64,000 nt of DNA from Eubacteriales bacterium (GTDB lineage Bacteria; Bacillota; Clostridia; Oscillospirales; CAG-272): the NCBI GenBank assembly GCA_045128735.1, contig JBGVRT010000007.1:31003-95002 (forward strand), given 5' to 3'. Each line of letters opens with the position of its first letter. Positions within the stretch are counted from its first letter, which is position 1. The notes under the pieces are model-generated. The model was given only the letters and a program-made list of their open reading frames with translations. It had not been told where the DNA came from and did not search any database. The translations under genes and the position numbers were made by a program. Positions 56,067 to 64,000 of this stretch are shown here, piece by piece.

Positions 56067-57503
56067 ATGAAGCGCGCAAGCGGAGTTCTTATGCATATTT
56101 CAACGCTTTACGGCGATTATTCAATAGGCTCGTTTGGAAAAAACGCCAAGGAGTTTGTTGATTTCCTCGTGGATTGCGGATTTTCGTATTGGCAGGTGTT
56201 GCCGTTTAATATGTCTGATGACTGCGGCTCTCCGTATAAATCTTACGGTGCTTTTTCGGGTAATCCTTATTTCGTTGATCTCGACATCCTTTTTGAAAAG
56301 GGTCTTATAACTCTTGCCGAGCTTTCGGAAGCCAAACAGCACACCCCTTATTCCTGCGAGTTTGAAAAGCTTGAGGAAGATAGACTCGCACTCTTAAAAA
56401 AAGCGGCATTGCGCGTTTGCCATGAGGAGCGCACCAAGATAGAACGCACTGTTTTTGCCAAGCGTCCCATATTTGACTTTTGCAGATTTATGGCACTTAA
56501 AGAAGCAAACAATTATGCAGAGTGGCACGAATGGACAAATGACAGCTATGACGCGGAGGTTTTATTTGCGTGGGAATTTATAGAGCATGAATTTCTGGTG
56601 CAGTGGAACGAAATCCGCAGATACGCTAATGCTAAGGGCATAAAGATTATCGGGGACATTCCGATATACGTCGCTTATGACAGCAGTGACGTGTGGGCAA
56701 ATAAAAATGAATTTCAGCTTGATGAAAAAGGCAGATTAAAGGCGGTTGCAGGTGTTCCGCCCGACTATTTTGCGAAAGACGGTCAGCTTTGGGGCAATCC
56801 TCTTTACGATTGGGAGGCAATGAGGCTAAACGATTTTTCGTGGTGGCGTGAAAGAATGAAATATATGCTCGAGCTTTTTGACGGCGTGAGAATAGATCAT
56901 TTCAGAGGTATAGAATCCTATTGGAGCGTACCCGCCGAAGCAAAGACTGCCAAAGAAGGAAAGTGGGTTGAAGGTCCCGGTAAAGCTTTTGTTGACTGTG
57001 TTCGCGCAACGGCTGGAGACAATCTTATAATCGCCGAGGATCTTGGCGATATCAGCGAAAGGGTTGTCGAGCTTGTCAAATACAGCGGTTTCCCGGGGAT
57101 GCGAGTGCTTCAGTTTGCATTTCTCGGTGAGTCCGATTCTCCTCATCTTCCTCACAATTACGTTCATAATTGCGTTGCGTATACGGGCACTCACGATAAC
57201 AATACCTTGCTTGGTTATATGTGGGAAGCCGATGAGCAGGTGCGCCGAAGAGTTGTTGATTATTGCGGATATATGGGCGATGATTGGGATAAGTCGTACG
57301 ATAACATAATAAGAGCTATGCTCGCAAGCCATGCGGGACTTGTCATAGTTCCTGTTCAGGATCTCCTTAACTTTGGTTCGGACACGAGAATGAATATTCC
57401 CGGGAGCCCCGACGGTAATTGGAGATACAGAATAACCCGCGAACAGCTTTGGAAGATAGATAGGGAAAAATACAGATATTACAACGAGTTATACTCAAGA
57501 TAA
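56067..57503 (+). CDS. malQ: 4-alpha-glucanotransferase (GH77)
   Basis: WQVLP, GVPPDYF..GQLWGNPLY, RIDHFRG, IAEDLG, YTGTHDN. Confidence 0.96.
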   Translation: MKRASGVLMHISTLYGDYSIGSFGKNAKEFVDFLVDCGFSYWQVLPFNMSDDCGSPYKSYGAFSGNPYFVDLDILFEKGLITLAELSEAKQHTPYSCEFEKLEEDRLALLKKAALRVCHEERTKIERTVFAKRPIFDFCRFMALKEANNYAEWHEWTNDSYDAEVLFAWEFIEHEFLVQWNEIRRYANAKGIKIIGDIPIYVAYDSSDVWANKNEFQLDEKGRLKAVAGVPPDYFAKDGQLWGNPLYDWEAMRLNDFSWWRERMKYMLELFDGVRIDHFRGIESYWSVPAEAKTAKEGKWVEGPGKAFVDCVRATAGDNLIIAEDLGDISERVVELVKYSGFPGMRVLQFAFLGESDSPHLPHNYVHNCVAYTGTHDNNTLLGYMWEADEQVRRRVVDYCGYMGDDWDKSYDNIIRAMLASHAGLVIVPVQDLLNFGSDTRMNIPGSPDGNWRYRITREQLWKIDREKYRYYNELYSR

Positions 57504-57520
57504 ACTTAAAGAGGTAAGAC

Positions 57521-58048
57521 GTGAAAGAGCTTGATATTTCAAAAATAAACGAATGGGTTGAAAAACTTACTGTAGGCGAGGAGATTTGCCTCAGCGGCTA
57601 CGTTTATACAGCAAGAGATGCTGTGCATAAAAAATTTGCCACGCTTATAGCCGATGGAAAAGAGCTTCCTATCAACCTGAGCGGTGCGGTGATATATTAC
57701 GCAGGTCCTACCCCTGCCAAAAACGGAATGGCGGTTGGCTCTTGCGGACCTACCACATCATCGAGAATGGACAAAAATACGCCGATGCTTCTTGACAGAG
57801 GACTTGGCGCGATTATCGGAAAAGGCGAAAGAAATCAGACTGTGGTTGATTCGCTTGTAAAAAATAAGGCGGTATATCTTTGTGCTCTTGGAGGTGCGGG
57901 AGCACTTTACGCCAACTGTATCAAGTCCTGTGAGGTCATAGCCTTTGACGAGCTCGGATGTGAGTCATTGAAAAAAATGTACGTTGAGAAATTTCCCGTG
58001 TTTGTTGCAATAGACAGCCACGGAGGAAACATATTTGACAGAAAATGA
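57521..58048 (+). CDS. Fe-S hydro-lyase (fumarate hydratase/tartrate dehydratase) beta subunit
   Basis: TARDAVHK, YYAGPTP, GPTTSSRMD, IGKG. Confidence 0.9.
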   Translation: MKELDISKINEWVEKLTVGEEICLSGYVYTARDAVHKKFATLIADGKELPINLSGAVIYYAGPTPAKNGMAVGSCGPTTSSRMDKNTPMLLDRGLGAIIGKGERNQTVVDSLVKNKAVYLCALGGAGALYANCIKSCEVIAFDELGCESLKKMYVEKFPVFVAIDSHGGNIFDRK

Positions 58049-58920
58049 ACATTGGAGAAAAAATAAAAAAACTGCGCACAGAAAAAATGATGACCCAAGC
58101 CGAGCTTTCAGGTGACCAGGTTACGAGAAATATGTTGAGCCTTATTGAAAAGGGAAAAGCAGTTCCGTCTTTGCAGACCTTGCTTTATATCGCTTCAAGG
58201 CTTAACGTTACCGCGGCATTTCTTCTTTCCGACGAGAGCGAGGAGTATATGCTGTCAAAGTATTCGCTTATGGCGGATATCAAGCTTGCGTTCAAGAAAA
58301 AAAATTATCGCATTTGCATGGATCTTTGTGCTAAATACGGAAAAAAAGCCGATGATGAAATAAAGCTTATAATGGCTGAGTCGGCGTTTCACCTTGCTCT
58401 TGAGGAGCTTTTTTCTGACAGAGTGCGTTCGTCATGGAGTTATCTTGACGATGCGGTTCTTTACGCCGGGCAAACAGTGTATAATTCTTCTCATATTACC
58501 GCGAGAGCTATGTTGCTTTTAGATTACCTCAGTGTGCTTTCGCCCTCGCTTGTGGCGGATAACGCAGACATGGATTCTTTTGAACCCGAAAGCAAGAAAA
58601 GCTATTATCTTGATGACAGCTTTTTGAGATACGTTTACTTTGTGAGTATAGTAAAACGCGGCGGTGAAGTTTTTGGGGAGACGGGAGTTGCGGCGTATGA
58701 CAGACACCTCGAATGCAGTAAATTTATGAGAAACGGCGAATACGAAAAGGCATTCAGTATGCTGAACGATATTTTGCGTATAGACGAGAGATTGTCGGGA
58801 GTTGTTCTTTTCAATATTTTCAACGATCTTGAGGAATGTTGTATAAATCTCGGCAACGCCAAAAGTGCCGGCTCGTATGCGCTTCAAAAGGTGTCTCAAC
58901 TCGAAAGGATACTTTCTTAA
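58045..58920 (+). CDS. XRE-HTH transcriptional regulator with helical (TPR-like) C-terminus
   Basis: IGEKIKKLR..KMMTQAEL....TRNMLSLIEKG...PSLQTL.YIA.RL. Confidence 0.82.
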   Translation: MNIGEKIKKLRTEKMMTQAELSGDQVTRNMLSLIEKGKAVPSLQTLLYIASRLNVTAAFLLSDESEEYMLSKYSLMADIKLAFKKKNYRICMDLCAKYGKKADDEIKLIMAESAFHLALEELFSDRVRSSWSYLDDAVLYAGQTVYNSSHITARAMLLLDYLSVLSPSLVADNADMDSFEPESKKSYYLDDSFLRYVYFVSIVKRGGEVFGETGVAAYDRHLECSKFMRNGEYEKAFSMLNDILRIDERLSGVVLFNIFNDLEECCINLGNAKSAGSYALQKVSQLERILS

Positions 58921-59276
58921 TGAAAAAATTGCGAATTTTAGCCCTTTTTGTAATAATTTTTTCAATTACTTCGTGCAGTGTGCTTGACAGAAGCGCAAAA
59001 ATAACATATAATGAAGAAGAGCTCTCGCTTGGCGATATTACCGAAATGCGAAATGAGTTTTCGGAGGATGCCGAGAATCCGCGAAATATTGTTGTTGAGA
59101 CTTATTCAGCGGAAAGCGTATCCTAACCTGTCTATTGGTTGGAAAACGGAAATGTGTGGCATACGTCGTTAACCTGCGGCTATATTCGAAACGGTAGTAG
59201 GGTAATATGCGGAAGCGAAGAAAATGCGCTCGCCGAGGGTAAAGCAAAGCTTTGTTCGGGATGCGAAAAAGAATAA
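58920..59276 (+). pseudogene. Small lipoprotein with C-terminal H/C Zn-binding-like module, interrupted by in-frame TAA at 59124-59126
   Basis: MKKLRILALFVIIFSITSC...AESVS*PVYWLENGNVWHTSLTC...AEGKAKLCSGCEKE* in one frame. Confidence 0.7.
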
Positions 59277-59295
59277 AATCAAGAGAGGTGTAATT

Positions 59296-59805
59296 ATGAA
59301 GATCGAAAGGTCAAATATCAAAGACGTGGACACCATAATGCAGATACTTTTGGATGCAAGAGGAAGAATAGGCAGACTTGGAATAGACCAGTGGCAATAC
59401 GGTTATCCGAGCAGAGATATAGTTATTGAGGACGTTAATCTTCACCGTTCCTTTGTCGCTCGCGACGAGGAGGGCTGCATTTGTGCAACTCTTACTATGC
59501 TTGATGACGGTGAGCCTACATACGATAAAATATATGAAGGCGAATGGATAGCTGAGGGAAAGCCATATATAGCGGTTCACAGAATTGCTGTGGCAGGGGA
59601 TAAGCTCAGATGCGGAATCGCCTCCGCGGTTATGCAGGAGGTTGAAAAGCGCGCTAAAGATATAGGCTATGCCAGTGTCAGAATTGATACGCACGTTGGC
59701 AATATTCCTATGAGAGCGATGCTTGAAAAGAACGGATATAAGTGTTGCGGCACTATATATCTTACAGATGGACAGTCAAGATGCGCGTATGAGAAGGCGG
59801 TCTGA
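59296..59805 (+). CDS. GNAT family acetyltransferase
   Basis: GIDQWQYGYP, VHRIAV, RIDTH..N.PM...L.KNGY..CG. Confidence 0.9.
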   Translation: MKIERSNIKDVDTIMQILLDARGRIGRLGIDQWQYGYPSRDIVIEDVNLHRSFVARDEEGCICATLTMLDDGEPTYDKIYEGEWIAEGKPYIAVHRIAVAGDKLRCGIASAVMQEVEKRAKDIGYASVRIDTHVGNIPMRAMLEKNGYKCCGTIYLTDGQSRCAYEKAV

Positions 59806-59823
59806 TCTGAAAGAAGGAGAATA

Positions 59824-60294
59824 ATGGCAGAAAAGAAAACACAGGGCAAAATTATTGCGCAAAACAAAAAAGCTTACCACGATTATTTTGTTGACGAGAA
59901 ATTCGAGGCGGGAATTGCACTTTTCGGCACAGAGGTCAAGAGCCTCAGAGCAGGTGCGGTTAATCTTAAGGACTCGTATTGCGAGGTTAAGGACGGAGAG
60001 CTTTTTGCCGTAGGCGTTCACATCAGCCCATATGAAAAGGGAAATATATATAACCGTGAGCCCTTGCGTGAAAAAAAATTGCTTATGCACAAAAAGGAAA
60101 TATTAAAGCTTCACGGACTTGTTTCCCAAAAGGGCTTTACGCTTGTGCCTCTTTCACTCTATTTTTCTGGTGCACACGTGAAGATGGAGGTTGGACTTTG
60201 CAGAGGTAAAAAGCTTTACGACAAGCGTGACGATATCGCTAAAAACGATGCTAAGCGCACTATGGAGCGTACCTTTAAGTCTATGAATCAGTAG
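59824..60294 (+). CDS. smpB: SsrA-binding protein
   Basis: [38 protein letters not shown]. Confidence 0.97.
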   Translation: MAEKKTQGKIIAQNKKAYHDYFVDEKFEAGIALFGTEVKSLRAGAVNLKDSYCEVKDGELFAVGVHISPYEKGNIYNREPLREKKLLMHKKEILKLHGLVSQKGFTLVPLSLYFSGAHVKMEVGLCRGKKLYDKRDDIAKNDAKRTMERTFKSMNQ

Positions 60295-60302
60295 GGAGAG
60301 CT

Positions 60303-61451
60303 ATGTACGACGTTTCTGTAACAAAATGTGACAGCTATAATAGCGACGAAGTAAAAAAAGCACTTTCCGAAGCACTTGAAGCCATCGGCGGTCTTGATTG
60401 GGTAAAAGCAGGTATGAAGATTGCTATTAAAGCTAATCTTGTATCGTTTATGACCCCCGACAAAGCGGCAACAACTCATCCCGCACTTTTGTGTGAGCTT
60501 GTAAAAATGCTTGTGGAAAAGGGGGCGGATGTTGTTGTTGGGGATAGCCCCGGCGGCATTTATAACTATGTTTACGTTAACAAGGTATACAAGGCGACGG
60601 GAATGTATGATGTCGAAAAGGTTGGCGGAAGGCTAAACCGCGATTTCGGACAAACCGAGGTTAAGAACCCTAACGGTAAAGTGTTAAAGAGCTTTATTTA
60701 TACCTCGTGGCTTGACGAAGCCGATGCAATAATTAACTTTTGCAAGCTGAAAACTCACGGTATGATGGGAATGAGCGCGGCGGCAAAAAACATATTCGGG
60801 GTGATTCCGGGAACGCTTAAACCCGAATACCATTTCAGATTTCCGAATCACGACGATTTTGCAAGAATGATGGTTGACCTTGACGAGTTTTTCAAGGTCA
60901 GGCTTTGCATTTGCGATGCGGTAGTGGGTATGGAAGGTAACGGACCAACTATGGGAATGCCACGGAAGATAGGCGCGGTGATAGCGTCCGAGTCGCCCCA
61001 TAAAATAGATTTGGTGTGTGCTAAGATAATCGGACTGACCAAAGCTGATGTTCCGACTCTTGAGGCGGCGTTTGAGCGTGGATTTATTCCTGCTGATGTC
61101 AAGGAGCTGAACGTTTTCGGAAACGTTGATTCCTTTGTGGTAGATGACTTCAAAAATATCCCCGCTCATACAAGCGTTGAGTTCAAGAAGGATTCAACAA
61201 AGTTTTTTGGGAAAATGGCAGGATTTATTACGGGTAAGGCACTTCGCTCTGTGCCCACGCTTAAAGCCAGTGAATGCGTGGGTTGCGGAGTTTGCCGAGA
61301 TATATGTCCCGCAAAAGCTATAAAAATAGAAAAGGGAAAGGCTGTTATAGACAGAAATCTCTGCATAAGATGCTTCTGCTGTCAGGAGTTTTGTCCTAAA
61401 GGCGCAATGAAAGTAAGGCGCACGCTGATTGCAAGAATACTTAACAAATAA
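60303..61451 (+). CDS. DUF362-domain protein with C-terminal 2x[4Fe-4S]
   Basis: KANLV...ATTHP, KLKTH, MEGNGP, CVGCGVCRDICP, CIRCFCCQEFCP. Confidence 0.88.
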   Translation: MYDVSVTKCDSYNSDEVKKALSEALEAIGGLDWVKAGMKIAIKANLVSFMTPDKAATTHPALLCELVKMLVEKGADVVVGDSPGGIYNYVYVNKVYKATGMYDVEKVGGRLNRDFGQTEVKNPNGKVLKSFIYTSWLDEADAIINFCKLKTHGMMGMSAAAKNIFGVIPGTLKPEYHFRFPNHDDFARMMVDLDEFFKVRLCICDAVVGMEGNGPTMGMPRKIGAVIASESPHKIDLVCAKIIGLTKADVPTLEAAFERGFIPADVKELNVFGNVDSFVVDDFKNIPAHTSVEFKKDSTKFFGKMAGFITGKALRSVPTLKASECVGCGVCRDICPAKAIKIEKGKAVIDRNLCIRCFCCQEFCPKGAMKVRRTLIARILNK

Positions 61452-61485
61452 AAAATATCCGATGCCGCAGCATCGGATATTTTTT
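61450..61485. terminator. Bidirectional intrinsic terminator
   Basis: AAAAATATCCGATGC-CGCA-GCATCGGATATTTTT. Confidence 0.88.
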
Positions 61486-61497
61486 ATCTTTTTTGAA

Positions 61498-61719
61498 TTA
61501 GAGAGTCTCGAGATATTTAACTACGTCACCGATGGTAACAAATCTGTTGATGTCGGTGTCCTCGATTTCAATGTCGAACTTTTCCTCGCAAAGCATAACG
61601 AGATCAGCAAGTTCAATGGAGTTGATTCCGAGGTCGCTTGAAAGCTCAGCGTCAAGAGTGATATCCTCTGCGTCGATCTGGAGCTCTTCTACGAGCAGTT
61701 CCTTAAGTTTCTCAAACAT
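61498..61719 (-). CDS. acpP: Acyl carrier protein
   Basis: DLGINSIEL phosphopantetheine Ser motif; acidic 73 aa; GGAGG RBS. Confidence 0.92.
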   Translation of the reverse strand: MFEKLKELLVEELQIDAEDITLDAELSSDLGINSIELADLVMLCEEKFDIEIEDTDINRFVTIGDVVKYLETL

Positions 61720-61873
61720 ACGATGTTTCCTCCAAATAAAATTGAGTGGTGAGGATTCCCGTTTTTAGAAAACGGCTTCAACTTATAAATCCTCATACGC
61801 CGATATTGTACCACATTTTTGTTGATTTGTCAATATCTTTGTTGAAATAGGCGTGTTAATGGTTTTTTGCGGT

Positions 61874-61902
61874 AAAAAAGCACCTGCAAATGCAAGTGCT
61901 TT
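61874..61902 (-). terminator. Terminator directly after tRNA-Ile2
   Basis: Minus strand AAAGCACTTGCA-TT-TGCAGGTGCTTTTTT. Confidence 0.8.
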
Positions 61903-61978
61903 GGTGGGCCATCTAGGACTCGAACCTAGGACCGACCGGTTATGAGCCGGTAGCTCTAACCAACTGAGCTAATGGCCC
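61902..61978 (-). tRNA. tRNA-Ile2 (CAT, lysidine-modified); elongator Met less likely
   Basis: GGGCCATTAGCTCAGTTGGTTAGAGCTACCGG-CTCATAA-CCGGT...GGTTCGAGTCC...TGGCCCACCA, 77 nt. Confidence 0.9.
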
Positions 61979-62170
61979 GCATTCTTTATGCGACTTTAAT
62001 ATTATATAACATACAAGCGAAAAAGTCAATAGCTTTTTGGAAAAAAATTAAAATTTTTTGTTTTTAATTAAATTTTTTCGACATCGACATATTCTGCTTT
62101 GTTTCTCAAAGCGAGAAGTTTATACTATATGCAGAGCAACGCTCAAATAAAACAAAGGAGAAGCAAAAGT

Positions 62171-62833
62171 ATGAGCAAACTTAGAATAGGCGTGATAGGG
62201 GTTCTGACAGTGGCTGTGTTGGTGATGAGCCTGAACCTTATTGTGTCGGCGGTTGAAGAGAAAAAGGAAGAGGAGGAAAGAGAAGCCCTTGCTACACAAA
62301 GCGCGATGGAAATGTATCAATCGCAGGTCGCAGAGCTTGAAAAAAAGCTTAATGAGCTTAAGGAAGAACAGTATGTAAATAAACAGGCATATGAGGAAAA
62401 GATTGAGGAGCTTGAGTTAAAACTTGAGGAGAAGAACGAGGTAGTCGTTTCTACCGATAAAACTCCTGCAAGTGATGCAAAATATACATACACCGTATCG
62501 GACAATAAGATAACTCTTACAGGGTATTCGGGAACGGACGATGTGCTGAAGATACCTGCCGAAATCGACGGGCTGAAGGTTGCTGAGATAGGTAGAGAGG
62601 CATTCAAGAATGCTACTTTCAAAGAGGTTGTGATTCCGTCAACCGTTAAAAAAATAGATTGGTTTGCATTTTCGGAGTGTTTAAGCCTTGAAAAAATCAC
62701 AATTCCGCCCGAGATGGAGAAAATTGAATATGGCGCTTTTAACGGCGCACACAGCGTAGTTGTGCACTGCGTGAAAAATTCTTATGCTCACCGATATGCG
62801 AGAAGCTACGGATTTGAAACCGAATTTATTTGA
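62171..62833 (+). CDS. Membrane-anchored coiled-coil + BspA-type leucine-rich repeat (LRR_5) protein
   Basis: N-terminal TM helix, E/K-rich coiled coil, IPAEIDG..V.EIG..AF, IPSTVKKI..FAF..C.SL..I.IP. Confidence 0.82.
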   Translation: MSKLRIGVIGVLTVAVLVMSLNLIVSAVEEKKEEEEREALATQSAMEMYQSQVAELEKKLNELKEEQYVNKQAYEEKIEELELKLEEKNEVVVSTDKTPASDAKYTYTVSDNKITLTGYSGTDDVLKIPAEIDGLKVAEIGREAFKNATFKEVVIPSTVKKIDWFAFSECLSLEKITIPPEMEKIEYGAFNGAHSVVVHCVKNSYAHRYARSYGFETEFI

Positions 62834-62837
62834 AGAG

Positions 62838-62866
62838 ACAAAAAGGAGTCCAAGACTCCTTTTTGT
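62838..62866 (+). terminator. Intrinsic terminator
   Basis: ACAAAAAGGAGTC-CAA-GACTCCTTTTTGT. Confidence 0.85.
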
Positions 62867-62973
62867 TTTGAAAAAATAATTGCAAAATTTTCAAAACTGT
62901 GTTGCAAGTTGGAGAAATATGTGATATAATATAATTTGTTAGTTTGGATTTTCAGCAGAGGTGGTGGAGCAAA

Positions 62974-64000
62974 ATGTGCAAGATAGGTTTTGATAATGAC
63001 AAATATCTTGAATTACAGTCAAAGCATATCAGAGAGCGTATATCTCAGTTTGGAGGTAAGCTGTATCTTGAGTTTGGCGGAAAGCTTTTTGACGATTTTC
63101 ATGCGTCGAGAGTTCTTCCGGGATTTAAGCCTGACAGTAAGCTGCAGATGCTTCTTCAGCTTAAGGATGACGCGGAGATCGTTATAGTAATCAACTCTGC
63201 GGATATAGAGAAGAATAAGGTGAGAGGTGATTTGGGAATTACCTATGACCTTGATGTTTTGCGCCTTATAGATGCTTTCGGAAGTGTAGGGCTTAGCGTT
63301 GGAAGCGTTGTTATGACAAGATATGCAGAGCAAAGTGCCGCCGCCGCTTTTACCAATAAGCTTGAAAGCCTTGGAGTAAAAGTTTATCATCACTATTCAA
63401 TTAAGGGCTATCCTTTTGATATAGAAGGAATCGTTAGCGACGACGGATACGGAAAGAATGACTTTATTGAAACCGAAAGAAAGCTCGTTGTCGTTACCGC
63501 GCCGGGTCCCGGAAGCGGAAAGATGGCTGTTTGTCTTTCTCAGCTCTATCACGAGCATAAAAGGGGAGTGCAGGCGGGGTATGCTAAGTTTGAGACCTTC
63601 CCGATTTGGAATCTTCCTCTTAAGCACCCTGTCAACTTGGCTTATGAAGCGGCAACTGCCGATCTTAACGACGTTAATATGATAGACCCCTTCCACCTTG
63701 ACGCGTACGGTCAGACCGCTACAAACTATAACAGAGACGTTGAAATTTTCCCCGTGCTTGATGCAATGTTCAGGAAAATATACGGAACCTCTCCGTATAA
63801 GTCACCCACGGATATGGGTGTTAATATGGCGGGCAATTGCATCGTGAATGCCGAGGTGACTGAGGCGGCATCAAAGCAAGAGATAATAAGACGCTATTAT
63901 GCCGCACTTTGCGAGCAAAGAGAGAATATGACAACTTCAGATTCAGTCGGCAAGCTTGACTTGCTTATGAAGCAGGCGGGAATTTCTACTGATGACAGAC
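62974..64000 (+). CDS. DUF1846-family protein (partial, runs off window end)
   Basis: Not in ORF track. Manual translation [51 protein letters not shown]...APGPGSGK...[11 protein letters not shown]. Confidence 0.9.
   Translation, partial: MCKIGFDNDKYLELQSKHIRERISQFGGKLYLEFGGKLFDDFHASRVLPGFKPDSKLQMLLQLKDDAEIVIVINSADIEKNKVRGDLGITYDLDVLRLIDAFGSVGLSVGSVVMTRYAEQSAAAAFTNKLESLGVKVYHHYSIKGYPFDIEGIVSDDGYGKNDFIETERKLVVVTAPGPGSGKMAVCLSQLYHEHKRGVQAGYAKFETFPIWNLPLKHPVNLAYEAATADLNDVNMIDPFHLDAYGQTATNYNRDVEIFPVLDAMFRKIYGTSPYKSPTDMGVNMAGNCIVNAEVTEAASKQEIIRRYYAALCEQRENMTTSDSVGKLDLLMKQAGISTDDR

Noticed and set aside
59124-59126. Selenocysteine/pyrrolysine recoding of the internal stop
   Set aside because: Codon is TAA, not TGA/TAG, and other genes use all three stops normally
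61874-62100. Integrative element at tRNA-Ile2
   Set aside because: No integrase and no duplicated tRNA 3' end; the terminator abuts CCA directly
1-64000. CRISPR array, rRNA, tmRNA next to smpB, prophage
   Set aside because: No regularly spaced repeats or such sequences found in any intergenic region by eye

Overview
Chromosomal segment of an anaerobic Firmicute (Clostridia, probably an Oscillospirales/Ruminococcaceae-like gut or rumen lineage). This is inferred from sigmaA-type promoters, a Gram-positive LexA box, GTP-PEPCK, whiA-dnaE and a SpoVB-like flippase. Content is mostly core and metabolic: trmB/truB/RluA, glgD, rplS with an L19 leader, a YtrA-type GntR/ABC operon, a Na+-pumping decarboxylase operon, apbE/whiA/dnaE/PBP1A, pckG, lexA, polA-malQ...smpB, acpP and two tRNAs. 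Main points of interest: (1) a heterotetrameric electron-bifurcating [FeFe]-hydrogenase operon split by a six-gene signalling-like cassette (2 DRTGG proteins, 2 stand-alone GHKL kinases, a group C/D sensory-type hydrogenase, a PHP phosphoesterase), preceded by a two-module structured 5' leader; (2) three paralogous DNRLRE/CBM96 + GH50-like hydrolases, two without signal peptides and one lipoprotein; (3) a tnpA-only IS200 between tRNA-Leu and its probable terminator, with complementary hairpin loops in its 5' and 3' UTRs; (4) an orphan 84-aa HNH gene with a PhoP/WalR-like direct repeat; (5) an HTH-TPR regulator coupled to a lipoprotein gene with an in-frame TAA. No CRISPR array, prophage, integrase or reverse transcriptase was seen. 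All calls come from reading motifs by eye; no database searches were run.
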